Shown: positions 43,025-55,933, numbered from the stretch's first letter. The stretch: 64,000 nucleotides of DNA from Alphaproteobacteria bacterium (GCA_965232515.1 CBDDPY010000002.1:2688001-2752000); one strand, 5' to 3'. Program-made: numbers and translations. The notes: generated by a model from the letters alone, not told the origin.

Positions 43025-43197
43025 CCCCCTCTCCCGCTAGCGGGAGAGGGAGGGACCCGCGCGACATCAGTCGCGTGGGAGGGTGAGGGCAATGCGGGAG
43101 GACACGCCGGTTGCGAATGCAGCCAAGCGCGCTTCGCGCGGTGCCCCCCTCACCCTACCCTCTCCCCCCAAACCGCAAGCGGTTTGGGGGGAGAGGG
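43025..43197. repeat. REP-like palindromic doublet (CCCTCTCCC..GGGAGAGGG type)
   Basis: A perfect 24-bp palindrome at 43027-43050, a 19-bp-arm hairpin at 43158-43197, and inverted gggtgaggg/ccctcaccc linkers. Confidence 0.8.
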
Positions 43198-43282
43198 AAA
43201 TAATGGTAGTGCCCAGCTTTGGTTTGGAAGTTCTTGGATCGAGACGTGCGAATGGACAAGTGTCCAAGCACCGCAGTCGATA

Positions 43283-43318
43283 ATAATAAAACGGCCCGGC
43301 CGAGGTGGCCGGGCCGTT
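43283..43318 (-). terminator. rho-independent terminator of livK
   Basis: 12-bp stem aacggcccggcc/ggccgggccgtt with an A-rich tract on the left, which is the U-tract on the minus strand. Confidence 0.75.
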
Positions 43319-43344
43319 CGGTTCGGAACGCGTTTTGACGCGGC

Positions 43345-44448
43345 CTAGTTCAGGTAGTCGTAGCTGCCGTTCTTCCACTCGTAGAAGACATAGCCCGGCA
43401 GGGTCACGTCGCCCTTGTCATCGAAGCTGAGCGAGCCGAGCACGGTGTCGAACTCGCCGCTGTTCATGGCCTTGATGACCTTGTCCAGATCGGTCGAGCC
43501 GGCCTTCTCGGCGGCCTGGGCGAAGACCTGCACCGCGGCGTAGGTGTAGAGCACATAACCTTCCGGCTCGATGCCCTTGTCGCGGAACGCCTTGACGATC
43601 GGCGCGGCCTTGGGGTTCTTGCGCGGGTCCGGGCTGAAGGTCATCAGCGTGCCCTCGCCGGCGGCACCGGTGATCGACCAGTACTCGTCGGTGACGAGCG
43701 CATCGCCGGAGACCAGAAGCGTCTTCATGCCCTGGTCGCGCATCTGGCGCACCATCAGGCCGGCCTCGGTGTGGTAGCCGCCCACATAGAGCACGTCGAT
43801 GCTGTTCTGCTTGAGCTTGGAGACCAGCGCCGAGTAGTCCTTCTCGCCGGCGGTGTAGGCCTCGTAAAGCTTCTCCTTCAGGCCAGCGGCGTTCATCGCC
43901 TTCTTGGTCTCGTCGGCCAGGCCCTTGCCGTAGGCAGTCTTGTCGTGCACGACGGCGACGTTCTTGCCGGCGAACTGCTTGGCCAGGAAGCCACCGGCCA
44001 CCAGGCCCTGCTGGTCATCGCGGCCGCAGACGCGGAAGACGTTGTCGCCGCCCTCGTCGGTGAACTTCGGATTGGTCGAGGCCGGCGAGATCTGCAGGAT
44101 GCCTTCTTCCTCGTAGACCTTGGAGGCCGGGATCGACGAGCCCGAGCAGAAGTGGCCGGCCATGAACACGACGTCGTTGCCGACCATTTCGTTGGCCACC
44201 GCGACCGCCTGCTTCGGATCGCAGGCATCGTCGCCGATCGACAGGCTGAGCTTCTGGCCCAGCACGCCGCCGGCGGCGTTGATGTCGGCCACGGCCTGCT
44301 CGGCGCCGGCCTTCATCTGCTGGCCGAAGCTGGCGTACTGGCCGGTCATCGGGCCGGCCGTGGCGATGGCGATCTCGGCCTTCGCCGGCATCGCGCCGAG
44401 CATTGCTACCGCGCTGGCGGCGAGCAGAACTGACGAAATACGTTTCAT
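43345..44448 (-). CDS. livK: branched-chain amino acid ABC substrate-binding protein
   Basis: Signal peptide, GPMTG, DDACDPKQAVAVAN, GHFCSGSSIPAS and HDKTAYGKG. Confidence 0.95.
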   Translation of the reverse strand: MKRISSVLLAASAVAMLGAMPAKAEIAIATAGPMTGQYASFGQQMKAGAEQAVADINAAGGVLGQKLSLSIGDDACDPKQAVAVANEMVGNDVVFMAGHFCSGSSIPASKVYEEEGILQISPASTNPKFTDEGGDNVFRVCGRDDQQGLVAGGFLAKQFAGKNVAVVHDKTAYGKGLADETKKAMNAAGLKEKLYEAYTAGEKDYSALVSKLKQNSIDVLYVGGYHTEAGLMVRQMRDQGMKTLLVSGDALVTDEYWSITGAAGEGTLMTFSPDPRKNPKAAPIVKAFRDKGIEPEGYVLYTYAAVQVFAQAAEKAGSTDLDKVIKAMNSGEFDTVLGSLSFDDKGDVTLPGYVFYEWKNGSYDYLN

Positions 44449-44625
44449 CGTTGTGTGGTCTCCCTCTTGCGCCCCGCCGCCGATAGATGGCTCGCGGGAT
44501 CTGTCGTTGACGTGTAAGCAAACTTCAAAATTGCCGTTACCTTAGGTGCAGCGTTTCACGACTGCAACGGATTCGATCAATCATTCCCAAAGGTTAACGT
44601 TAATCTTTTTGGGCCTCTGGGCCGT

Positions 44626-44700
44626 GGCTCGACCCGTCCCTCTCCCCCACCCGACCACCCATCAAGCATACTTCCGTGGGGGAGTGGGATGGGTCGAGCC
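44626..44700. repeat. long hairpin between the DUF6867-like gene and livK
   Basis: 25-bp arms complementary at 23/25 positions; contains a ccctctccccc core. Confidence 0.65.
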
Positions 44701-44715
44701 CAGTGCCAACTGGCG

Positions 44716-45062
44716 CTAGTCCTGATGCCGCTTTTCGCGCCAGCCGAACAGGCCGTTCGGCTCGTAGAGCCAGGGATATTGCGCGACCATGTTGTGGGCA
44801 AGCGTTAGACGGTAGCCGATGAGAGCGATAGCAATGATGACGGCGGTGTCGACGAGATAGCCGGTCAGCGACAGCAGATCGCCGCCGAACAGCGCGTAGA
44901 TAATGAAACGGTCGGCAAAGCCCAATAGCGCACCGTAAATGAAGGACTGCCAGACCGGCCGCCAGCCGCGGGCGAGCGCCTGGCCCATCAGAAAACCGGC
45001 GCCGCCCGCCAAAATCAGCGTGATGCCGATGAAGGTGCCAAGGCCATTGCCGAGAAGCTCGC

Positions 45063-45066
<4 letters not shown>
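44716..45066 (-). CDS. liv-associated small membrane protein (DUF6867-like)
   Basis: G.A.A..WRP, RF..YALF.G.L and MVAQYPWLY motifs. Confidence 0.8.
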
Positions 45067-45778
<712 letters not shown>

Positions 45779-45782
<4 letters not shown>

Positions 45783-46686
45783 GCGCGCCCTCCCGCATCG
45801 TCGCCGCCGGTCGATCCCTGCTCCAGCGCCAGGTCCTGCGCCACCTCCGGCGGCAGCTCTTCGTCTTCCTCCTCGCCAAGATAGGCGCGGATCACGTTCG
45901 GATCGTTGCGCACGGCCTCGGGAGACCCGTCGGCGATCTTGCGGCCGTAGTCGAGCACGATGATGTGGTCGGAAATGCCCATGACCACGCTCATGTCATG
46001 CTCGATCAGCAGCACGCCGATACGGTGCTCGTTGCGGATGAACAACAGCAGTTCGTTGAGCTCGGCCGACTCGCGATGGTTCAGACCGGCCGCCGGCTCG
46101 TCGAGGCAGAGCAGCACCGGCTCGGTGCACATGGCGCGCGCGATCTCCAAGCGCCGCTGGTCGCCGTAGGGCAGGTCGCCGGCATTGTCGTCGGCGCGGG
46201 CCGTCAGGTTGACGTGCTCCAGCCAGTAACGCGCGAGCTCGACCGCGTCCTGCTCCGCATGCCGATAGACGCCGAGGCCGAACAGGCCGGCGAACGTATA
46301 GCCGGATGCCCGCATCAGCTTGTTGTGCTGGGCCACCACGAGGTTCTCCAGCACCGACATGGCCGGGAACAGGCGGATGTTCTGGAATGTCCGCGCCACC
46401 TTGGCCTGCTGCGCGATGCGAAAGTCATCCATGCGCTCCAGCAGGAAGCCGCCCGACGCGGCCGTCAGCGTCAGCCGTCCAGAGGTCGGTTTGTAGAAGC
46501 CGGTCAGACAATTGAACACGGTCGTCTTGCCGGCGCCGTTCGGGCCGATGATGGCGGTGATTTCGCCGTCGGCGGCGTCGAACGAGACGTCGTCGATGGC
46601 GATCAGGCCGCCAAACCGCATCGTCAGGTGCTCGACCGCCAGCAGTGAGCGGGCGGCCGCGGCCGGCGGAGCGTCGGCGGCGGTGC

Positions 46687-46690
<4 letters not shown>
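45779..46690 (-). CDS. livG: BCAA ABC ATPase
   Basis: [29 protein letters not shown] and EHDM motifs. Confidence 0.95.
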
Positions 46691-48018
<1,328 letters not shown>

Positions 48019-48021
48019 GGA

Positions 48022-48939
<918 letters not shown>

Positions 48940-49162
48940 GTCGTCTGCCCGACGAAGCCACTGCTCGATCGCCCGCTTGCCGCGGGTCTGCGGTTCGCCG
49001 TCCAACCCCCAAGGCATTGTGCGGACGGCTCGCCGAGGTCGAGCAATACCACGTTCGCGCGCGCCTTCAAGTCTATTCTGACTCAACCATGTCGGCGATA
49101 TGGACCTGTCGGTCTATAATCGCCGCCAATCGGACAACCCGATCGACATGGGAGAAACGGGC

Positions 49163-49888
49163 ATGAGCAAGAAGGTCGCATTGGTCGTTGGCGCCGGCGA
49201 CGCGCTGGGCGGGGCGGTGGCCCGGCGCTTCGCGCGCGAGGGTTTCGAGGTCTGCATCACCCGGCGCAAGGCCGAGGCGCTGAGCGATCTTCGCGCCGAG
49301 ATCGAGGCCGATGGCGGTGTCGCGCATGCCTTCGGGTCTGATGCGCGCAAGGAGGAACAGGCGATCGAGCTGGTGGAGCGCATCGAACGCGATATCGGGC
49401 CGATCGAGGTCGCGGTCTACAACGTCGGCGGCAACGTGCGCTTCTCGATCCTGGAGACAACCACACGGGTCTATTACAAGGTCTGGGAGATGGCGGCGTT
49501 CGGCGGCTTTCTGATGGGCCGGGAGGTCGCCAAGCGCATGGTGCCGCGCGAACGGGGCACTGTTCTGTTCACCGGCGCCACGGCCAGCATGCGCGGCGGC
49601 GACGGCTATGCCGCCTTTGCCGGCGGCAAGCACGCCCTTAGAGCGCTGGCGCAGAGCATGGCCCGCGAGCTGGCGCCGAAGGGCATTCACGTCGCCCATA
49701 TCGTGATCGACGGCGCCATCGACACCAAATGGATCGAAGAGATGTTCCCCGAGCGTTACGCGATGAAGGACCAGGACGGCATCCTGAACCCCGACGCCAT
49801 CGCCGAGAACTATTGGATGCTGCATCAGCAGCCCCGCACGGCCTGGACGCACGAGCTGGACCTGCGGCCCTGGCTCGAGAAATGGTGA
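49163..49888 (+). CDS. SDR family oxidoreductase
   Basis: GAGDALG, FTGATAS, FAGGK, HIVIDG and RPW.EKW motifs. Confidence 0.92.
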   Translation: MSKKVALVVGAGDALGGAVARRFAREGFEVCITRRKAEALSDLRAEIEADGGVAHAFGSDARKEEQAIELVERIERDIGPIEVAVYNVGGNVRFSILETTTRVYYKVWEMAAFGGFLMGREVAKRMVPRERGTVLFTGATASMRGGDGYAAFAGGKHALRALAQSMARELAPKGIHVAHIVIDGAIDTKWIEEMFPERYAMKDQDGILNPDAIAENYWMLHQQPRTAWTHELDLRPWLEKW

Positions 49889-49992
49889 GGCCTGGCCGGG
49901 TCGATCCGCGTTAGGGTCGGCACTTAGGCTACCGGTTGGTCGTCAGTGCACTCGATCCGGTGTCGTATTCGAACTGAGGGGGGTCATACAGT

Positions 49993-50670
49993 TTGGGGTT
50001 TATCTATTTCGACAAAAGCGAAAAGAGTGTCCATGCTTTTGTAGGGCGATCCAAAATTCTTGGAATCCCATTCACGTCATTTGTGTTTCTATTTTCATGT
50101 TTCTGTCAAATTGGATGGTCGTTACTATATTTGTTTTTTGGCATCAATCTTGATGAAGTAAATATTGACATCGTCGTCCCTTTTTCGGTTTATGTCGTGA
50201 ATTCGATGAGTTTTTATTTTGTTTCACTGGCAGTCCTTTATGTTTGCATGCTGATTTTCATATATTTAACACTAAGCAGATTGGTCAAAACCCGTGCGGT
50301 CATGTTTTCAGAGTACGGGAACTTTCATCGAATGAATCCGAGAAATAGGGGAATGAATCGAAAAAATAAGGAAAATGATTGGATCGAATCAAGAAAATAT
50401 CTTGAATTCCACTATCGATATTATAAATTTTACATTTTTGTTTGCTTTTTTTTGATTATTTTCCCGCTGTCAAAAGAATACAATCCCGTATCTTACTACT
50501 TGTATGAAGATGTTGAAATGATGATGAGAGAACTTTCATCGACATACAAGAGCTACACGACATTTCTCTTTGAGATAAACAAAATAATGCTCATTCCTAC
50601 GCTCGGCATACCTTTTGTGTTTTCGCTCATATTGAGATTGGTTTTGACAAGGTTCGAAGAGAAACGGTGA
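49993..50670 (+). CDS. AT-rich orphan membrane protein
   Basis: 225-codon open frame across a strongly AT-rich patch, about 4 hydrophobic segments, GAGGGGGG upstream of the TTG. Confidence 0.6.
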   Translation: MGFIYFDKSEKSVHAFVGRSKILGIPFTSFVFLFSCFCQIGWSLLYLFFGINLDEVNIDIVVPFSVYVVNSMSFYFVSLAVLYVCMLIFIYLTLSRLVKTRAVMFSEYGNFHRMNPRNRGMNRKNKENDWIESRKYLEFHYRYYKFYIFVCFFLIIFPLSKEYNPVSYYLYEDVEMMMRELSSTYKSYTTFLFEINKIMLIPTLGIPFVFSLILRLVLTRFEEKR

Positions 50671-50880
50671 GTCAATTCAGCAGCTCGAGTCTGACGGGCG
50701 CACCGGCGCGGCCTTCCGAGGACAGCCAGACTTCCCCGATCGGCGCCCTGACGTGATGGCAAACCGCAATTCAGCGTTACGGGCCGAGACAGGTTGCTTA
50801 GAATGACCCCCGCCGAGACCAAGCGCCGTGCACGTGGCACCGAACGCTTAGTTGAATGAACCATGATCTGGGAGCGGGGC

Positions 50881-51468
50881 ATGACCAAATCCGTGGAGTT
50901 TCTGTTCGATTTCGGCAGTCCGAACGCGTATCTGGCCTATACGCAGCTGCCGGGTATTGCCGCGCGCACCGGCGCCGAGCTGATCTGGACGCCGATGCTG
51001 CTGGGCGGCGTGTTCAAGGCGACGGGGAACCGCTCACCGGCCGAGATCCCGGCCAAGGGCGCCTACATGGGCATCGACGGCGCCCGGTTCGTGAAACGCT
51101 ATGGCGTGCCGTTCCAGCGCAACCCCCATTTCCCCGTCAACACGCTGGCGATGATGCGCGGCGCCGTGTCGTACCAGATGGACGGCGATTTCGACGGCTA
51201 TGTGAAGGCGATGTTCGAGGCCATGTGGGTCGAGCCGCGCAACCTGAACGAACCGACGGAGTTGGGGGCAGCCCTGCAGGCGGCCGGGTTCGCGCCCGAG
51301 GACTTCATGGACCGGATCGGCCGGCAGGAAGTCAAGGACAAGCTGATGGCGAATACGCAAGCCGCGGTCGAGCGCGGCGTCTTCGGCGCGCCGACCATGT
51401 TCGTCGGCGACGAGATCTTCTTCGGTCAGGACCGGCTGGATTTCGTCGAGGAGGCGCTGGCCGCCTGA
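50881..51468 (+). CDS. 2-hydroxychromene-2-carboxylate isomerase / DsbA (GST kappa) family
   Basis: FDFGSPNAY, PMLLGGVF and GVFGAPT..FFGQDRL motifs. Confidence 0.92.
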   Translation: MTKSVEFLFDFGSPNAYLAYTQLPGIAARTGAELIWTPMLLGGVFKATGNRSPAEIPAKGAYMGIDGARFVKRYGVPFQRNPHFPVNTLAMMRGAVSYQMDGDFDGYVKAMFEAMWVEPRNLNEPTELGAALQAAGFAPEDFMDRIGRQEVKDKLMANTQAAVERGVFGAPTMFVGDEIFFGQDRLDFVEEALAA

Positions 51469-51475
51469 TCGTCGC

Positions 51476-52132
51476 TCAGCCTTCCCTCGTCGCCGACGGC
51501 AGGGGATCGCCGGGGGACCAACCGTCGAGCCAGACGGTGAGCGGGACGACGGCGGCGGGCTTGGCGTTTTCGTAAAACCAGGAATCGAGCGCGTAGGTGC
51601 CGCCGCCGGCACGCTCGACGATGACGGCGGTCTGGTGCGGCCAGCGGTCGATCAAATAGCCGCGGGCGGCCGGCCCGGCCACATCGTGCCAGCGCAGCAG
51701 CCCCTCGCCTTCCAGCATTAGCAGCAGCGTCGTGGTGTTGACGGACTCGTCGACGCAGTCGAGCTGGCCCGGCCGATGGCCGTTGACGAACCAGCCGTCG
51801 ATGCCGCCGTCGTTCTGGGTGCCGGCCTGTACCGACGCGTGGCGTTCGTAGATGGCGACCGCCTGAGACAGCAGCCGGCGTTCGGCCTCGGCGTCAGGCG
51901 CCGGTGCGGACATTAGATCGCGGATCTCGCGCCATGGCCCGCCGTCGAGAGACACTTGCGTCGACTCCCGGCAACCATGACCGAAGCAGTATTTGAACGA
52001 TTGCGGCGCCGGATCGGCGATGCCGTACTGGGCGACGTAGCCGACCGGCGTGTCCGGCAGGCGGTTGCCGCAGGCCGGCAGCAGCCCGGCAGCCAGAACC
52101 ATCAAGCCAATCCTCGCAAACAGCCGATACAT
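51476..52132 (-). CDS. hypothetical lipoprotein, possible papain-like fold
   Basis: Lipobox LPAC, with CFGHGC, QLDCVDES.NTT, WPHQTAV and DSW motifs. Confidence 0.7.
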   Translation of the reverse strand: MYRLFARIGLMVLAAGLLPACGNRLPDTPVGYVAQYGIADPAPQSFKYCFGHGCRESTQVSLDGGPWREIRDLMSAPAPDAEAERRLLSQAVAIYERHASVQAGTQNDGGIDGWFVNGHRPGQLDCVDESVNTTTLLLMLEGEGLLRWHDVAGPAARGYLIDRWPHQTAVIVERAGGGTYALDSWFYENAKPAAVVPLTVWLDGWSPGDPLPSATREG

Positions 52133-52227
52133 TGAAGCAAAGACACCCGAAATTGCCGATTTCAAGCCAATTTGGCCGAGAACTGTAACCGGCCGGTAAA
52201 CAAAAGCAATCGGCCCGACGTGCACGA

Positions 52228-53058
52228 CTACGTGATCGCGCGGACCCGTTCGCGGAGCGATATGAAGACGCCGCTGGCGACGATCACGGCGATGCCGAAC
52301 CAGGACCAGGCGTCGGGGAAGTCGCCGAAGACGACATAGCCGAAGATGGCGGCGATGACGATCTGGCTGTAGCCGAAGGGGGCGAGCTGCGAGGCCAGCG
52401 CGTGGTCGAACGAGCGGATCAGCAGGAAGTGCGAGGTGGCCGCGATCAGCCCCATGGCCAGCATCAGCAGCAGCGCGTCCGCCGTCAGGGGCAGCCAGAC
52501 GAAGGGTTGCACCGCCGTGGTGACGACGACGCCGACGAGCGCCGTGTAGGTGAGCGTCACGATGGGCGGGGCGTTGCCGGCGAGCCGTCGGGTGGCGATC
52601 AGATAGAGCGCGTAGAGCACGCCGGAGCCGAGCGCGAAGATAGCGCCCCAGCCGAAAATGCCGGCGCCCGGCCGGATCACGATCAGCGCGCCGACCGCGC
52701 CGACGATGACCGCGAGCCAGCGGCGAAGCCCGACCCGCTCGGCCAGCAGGAACGGCGCGCAGACGGTGACGACCAGCGGGAAGATGAAGAACAGCGCCAG
52801 CGTTTCGGCCATCGGCAGCAGCGACAGGGCGAAATAGAACAGCACGGTATCGCCCAGCAGCAGCCCGCCGCGCATCACCTGCAGGCCGGGCTCGCGCGGC
52901 CAGAGGGCGCGTATTCCGTAGAGCCAGAGGGCGACGGGCAGCAGCGCGGCCAAATGCACGACATAGCGGCCCCAGACGACCTGCGGCACGGGATAGCTGA
53001 CGCTCAGATACTTGGCGATACCGTCATAGACCGGCATCAGCAGCATCGCGCCCAACAT
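52228..53058 (-). CDS. DMT/EamA family transporter
   Basis: D..AKYL, L.E.VG.RW, IRPG and AS.LAPF.Y.Q motifs. May start at ATA 53097. Confidence 0.9.
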   Translation of the reverse strand: MLGAMLLMPVYDGIAKYLSVSYPVPQVVWGRYVVHLAALLPVALWLYGIRALWPREPGLQVMRGGLLLGDTVLFYFALSLLPMAETLALFFIFPLVVTVCAPFLLAERVGLRRWLAVIVGAVGALIVIRPGAGIFGWGAIFALGSGVLYALYLIATRRLAGNAPPIVTLTYTALVGVVVTTAVQPFVWLPLTADALLLMLAMGLIAATSHFLLIRSFDHALASQLAPFGYSQIVIAAIFGYVVFGDFPDAWSWFGIAVIVASGVFISLRERVRAIT

Positions 53059-53083
53059 GAGCGCGATGCCGAGCGTCGGGCGC

Positions 53084-53857
53084 TCAGAAGCCGATATGGA
53101 AGCCTCCGTCGATCGACAGATGCTGGCCGGTGATGTAGGAGGCCGCGTCCGACAGCAGGAAGCAGACCGGCCGCGCCACCTCGTCCGGCGTCGAGAACCG
53201 GCCCATGGGCACCTGCGCCAGATAGCGGTCGCGGAACTTCTCGCCGCGGATGGTCTCGGTCATGGGCGTGGCGACGACGCCGAAACAGACGCTGTTGACG
53301 GTGATGCCGTGGCCTGCCCATTCGCGCGCCGCGCTCATGGTGATGCCGAGCACGCCCGACTTGGCGGCGCCGTAGTTGATCTGGCCGATGGTGCCGCGCC
53401 GGCCGGCGTCCGAGGAAACGTTGACGATGCGGCCGGGATCGCTCTCGCCGTCCTTGGCGCGCTCGAGCATGTGGCGGCCGACCGCCTGCAGGCAGAGGAA
53501 CACGCCGGTCAGGTTGACATCGATCACCTCCTGCCATTGCGCGACCGGCATCTTGTCGATCATCGCCGGACGGATGATGCCGGCATTGTTGACGAGGCCG
53601 TGGATGCCATCGAAGGCGTTGGCGATGTCGGCGACCATGTCCTGGACGAAGCCGGCCTCGGCGACGTTGCCGACATAGGCCCGTGCCCGGTCGGGCCCGA
53701 GCGTGGCGGCGAGATCCTGGACCGCCTCGCCGTTCATGTCGGCGACGGCGACGCGGCCGCCCAGCTCGACACAGAGTTCAGCCACGGCCCGGCCGATGCC
53801 CTGGGCGGCGCCCGTCACCAGGATCGTGCGGTTCTCGAGGCTCATCGGGTTCGACAT
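53084..53857 (-). CDS. SDR (3-oxoacyl-ACP/acetoacetyl-CoA reductase-like)
   Basis: TGAAQGIG, VNNAG and GQINYGAAK motifs. It is the C-terminal part of track ORF 53084..55948. Confidence 0.92.
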   Translation of the reverse strand: MSNPMSLENRTILVTGAAQGIGRAVAELCVELGGRVAVADMNGEAVQDLAATLGPDRARAYVGNVAEAGFVQDMVADIANAFDGIHGLVNNAGIIRPAMIDKMPVAQWQEVIDVNLTGVFLCLQAVGRHMLERAKDGESDPGRIVNVSSDAGRRGTIGQINYGAAKSGVLGITMSAAREWAGHGITVNSVCFGVVATPMTETIRGEKFRDRYLAQVPMGRFSTPDEVARPVCFLLSDAASYITGQHLSIDGGFHIGF

Positions 53858-54013
53858 GTCGGCATTCTCCCTATCCGGCTCTCTATGCATTGGCCGGTAA
53901 GATAGCAGCGGTTCGCGTCCCGGTTGACAGGAATGAAGTTGGGCCGTGCCGGGCCTTGCGCTAACCTTGCGCAGCGCCGCAGGGGGCCGCTCGACCAAGA
54001 GACAGGGGACGCC

Positions 54014-55453
54014 ATGAAGACGCATTACAAACTGCTGTATGCAGACGCCAAGAGCAAGGGACCCGATCTCGAGGTCCGCGCGCCCTACGACGACGCGCTG
54101 ATCGCCACCGTGGAGACGGCGGACGAGGCCGCGGCCGAACAGGCCATGGCGACGGCCTATGGCCTGTTCCGCAACCGCGATGCCTGGCTGTCGCCGGCCG
54201 AGCGCCTGGACGTGCTGGAGAACGCCGCTGATATTATCGAATCGCGGGCCGAGGAGCTGGCCGTCGAGGCGGCGCGCGAGGGGGGCAAGCCGCTGATTGA
54301 CTCGCGCGTCGAGGTGGCCCGTGCCATCGACGGCGTGAACCTCTGCATCGAGGCGCTGCGCACCCAGGCCGGCACCGAGATCCCCATGCGGATGAACCCG
54401 GGCTCGATGAACCGCCTGGCCTTCACCCGGCACGAGCCCATCGGCGTGGTCGTGGCGGTCAGCGCCTTCAACCATCCGCTGAATCTGATCGTGCACCAGG
54501 TGGCGCCGGCGATCGCCGTCGGCTGTCCGGTGATCGTCAAGCCCGCCAACCTGACGCCGCTCGCCTGCATGAGCTTCGTCAAGATCATGCACGAGGCCGG
54601 CCTGCCGCCGGAGTGGTGCCAGGCCGCGCCGACGGCGACGCGTCAGGTCGGCGAGATGATGGTGACGGACAAGCGCACGGCGTTCTTCAGCTTCATCGGC
54701 AGCGCCGGCGTCGGCTGGTCGCTGCGCTCGAAGCTGGCGCCGGGCACGCGCTGCGCGCTTGAGCATGGCGGCGCGGCGCCGGTGATCGTCGCCGCCGACG
54801 CCGACCTCGACGACGTGCTGCCGCTGCTGGCGAAGGGCGGCTTCTATCACGCAGGGCAAGTCTGCGTGTCCGTCCAGCGCGTGTTCGCGCACGAGTCCAT
54901 CGCCCGCGAGGTGGCGACGCGGCTCGCCGATCTCGCGGGCAAGATGACCATCGGCGATCCGACCAAGCCGGAGACCGAGGTCGGGCCGCTGATCCGCCAC
55001 GGCGAAGTCGACCGGGTCGAGCAATGGGTGACGGAAGCGACCGACGGCGGGGGTGAGCTGATCTCGGGCGGTACGCGGATCTCCGATTCCTGCTACGAAT
55101 GCACCGTGCTGTTGAACCCGCCGGACGACGCCAAGGTCAGCACGGCCGAGATCTTCGGCCCCGTGGTCTGCGTCTATTCCTACAGCGACATGGACGACGC
55201 CATCGACCGGGCGAACAGCCTGCCGGTGGCGTTCCAGGCCGCGGTCTGCACGCGCGATCTGGACACGGCGCTCAGAGCCTATCAGCGGCTCGACGCCAGC
55301 GCCGTCATGGTGAACGACCACACGGCGTTCCGGGTCGACTGGATGCCGTTCGCGGGCCTGCGCGAATCCGGCCACGGCATCGGCGGCATCCACCACACGA
55401 TGCTGGACATGCAGATCGAAAAGATGATGGTCGTGCGCTCGAAGGAGTTGTAG
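54014..55453 (+). CDS. aldehyde dehydrogenase family protein
   Basis: AFNHPLNL, KPA, FIGS, LEHGG, GQVCVS, EIFGP and PFAG motifs. Confidence 0.93.
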   Translation: MKTHYKLLYADAKSKGPDLEVRAPYDDALIATVETADEAAAEQAMATAYGLFRNRDAWLSPAERLDVLENAADIIESRAEELAVEAAREGGKPLIDSRVEVARAIDGVNLCIEALRTQAGTEIPMRMNPGSMNRLAFTRHEPIGVVVAVSAFNHPLNLIVHQVAPAIAVGCPVIVKPANLTPLACMSFVKIMHEAGLPPEWCQAAPTATRQVGEMMVTDKRTAFFSFIGSAGVGWSLRSKLAPGTRCALEHGGAAPVIVAADADLDDVLPLLAKGGFYHAGQVCVSVQRVFAHESIAREVATRLADLAGKMTIGDPTKPETEVGPLIRHGEVDRVEQWVTEATDGGGELISGGTRISDSCYECTVLLNPPDDAKVSTAEIFGPVVCVYSYSDMDDAIDRANSLPVAFQAAVCTRDLDTALRAYQRLDASAVMVNDHTAFRVDWMPFAGLRESGHGIGGIHHTMLDMQIEKMMVVRSKEL

Positions 55454-55495
55454 ATAGGGCGCCGTAAACGGCGCAAATACTTCGGGATACCGGCC

Positions 55496-55933
55496 ATGGC
55501 AGAACTCGACCGGCAGACACTGCTCGACCTGTTGAACCGCTTCGACGATGCGGACGACGCGACCGTCACGGCGGCCGCGCGCGAGGCGCAACAGGCGCTG
55601 ACCGAGGCCGGCCTGAGCTGGGACGACGTGCTGGTCCCGGCGGAAGTCGAAACCGAGGACGAGGACGAATACGAAGAATACGATTCCGACGACGAGGTCG
55701 TTGACGCGGACGACGATGACGCCGACGGCGACACCGACAACGTGATCCCGATCTCGGCGGGCGAGGCGCGCGAGGATCTGGCGCTCATCGACCGCATCCT
55801 GCGCGACCACGATGTCTCCGAAGACACCCGCGAAGAGCTGGAAGGCTACCGGGAAGACATCGACGCCGGCGAATTCACCGCATCCGACCGGAACTATCTG
55901 GTGGCCCTGCAGAAGCGCCTGTCGAAAAAATAG
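55496..55933 (+). CDS. very acidic hypothetical protein
   Basis: Helical N- and C-terminal parts joined by a D/E-rich linker; coding-like codon use. Confidence 0.75.
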   Translation: MAELDRQTLLDLLNRFDDADDATVTAAAREAQQALTEAGLSWDDVLVPAEVETEDEDEYEEYDSDDEVVDADDDDADGDTDNVIPISAGEAREDLALIDRILRDHDVSEDTREELEGYREDIDAGEFTASDRNYLVALQKRLSKK

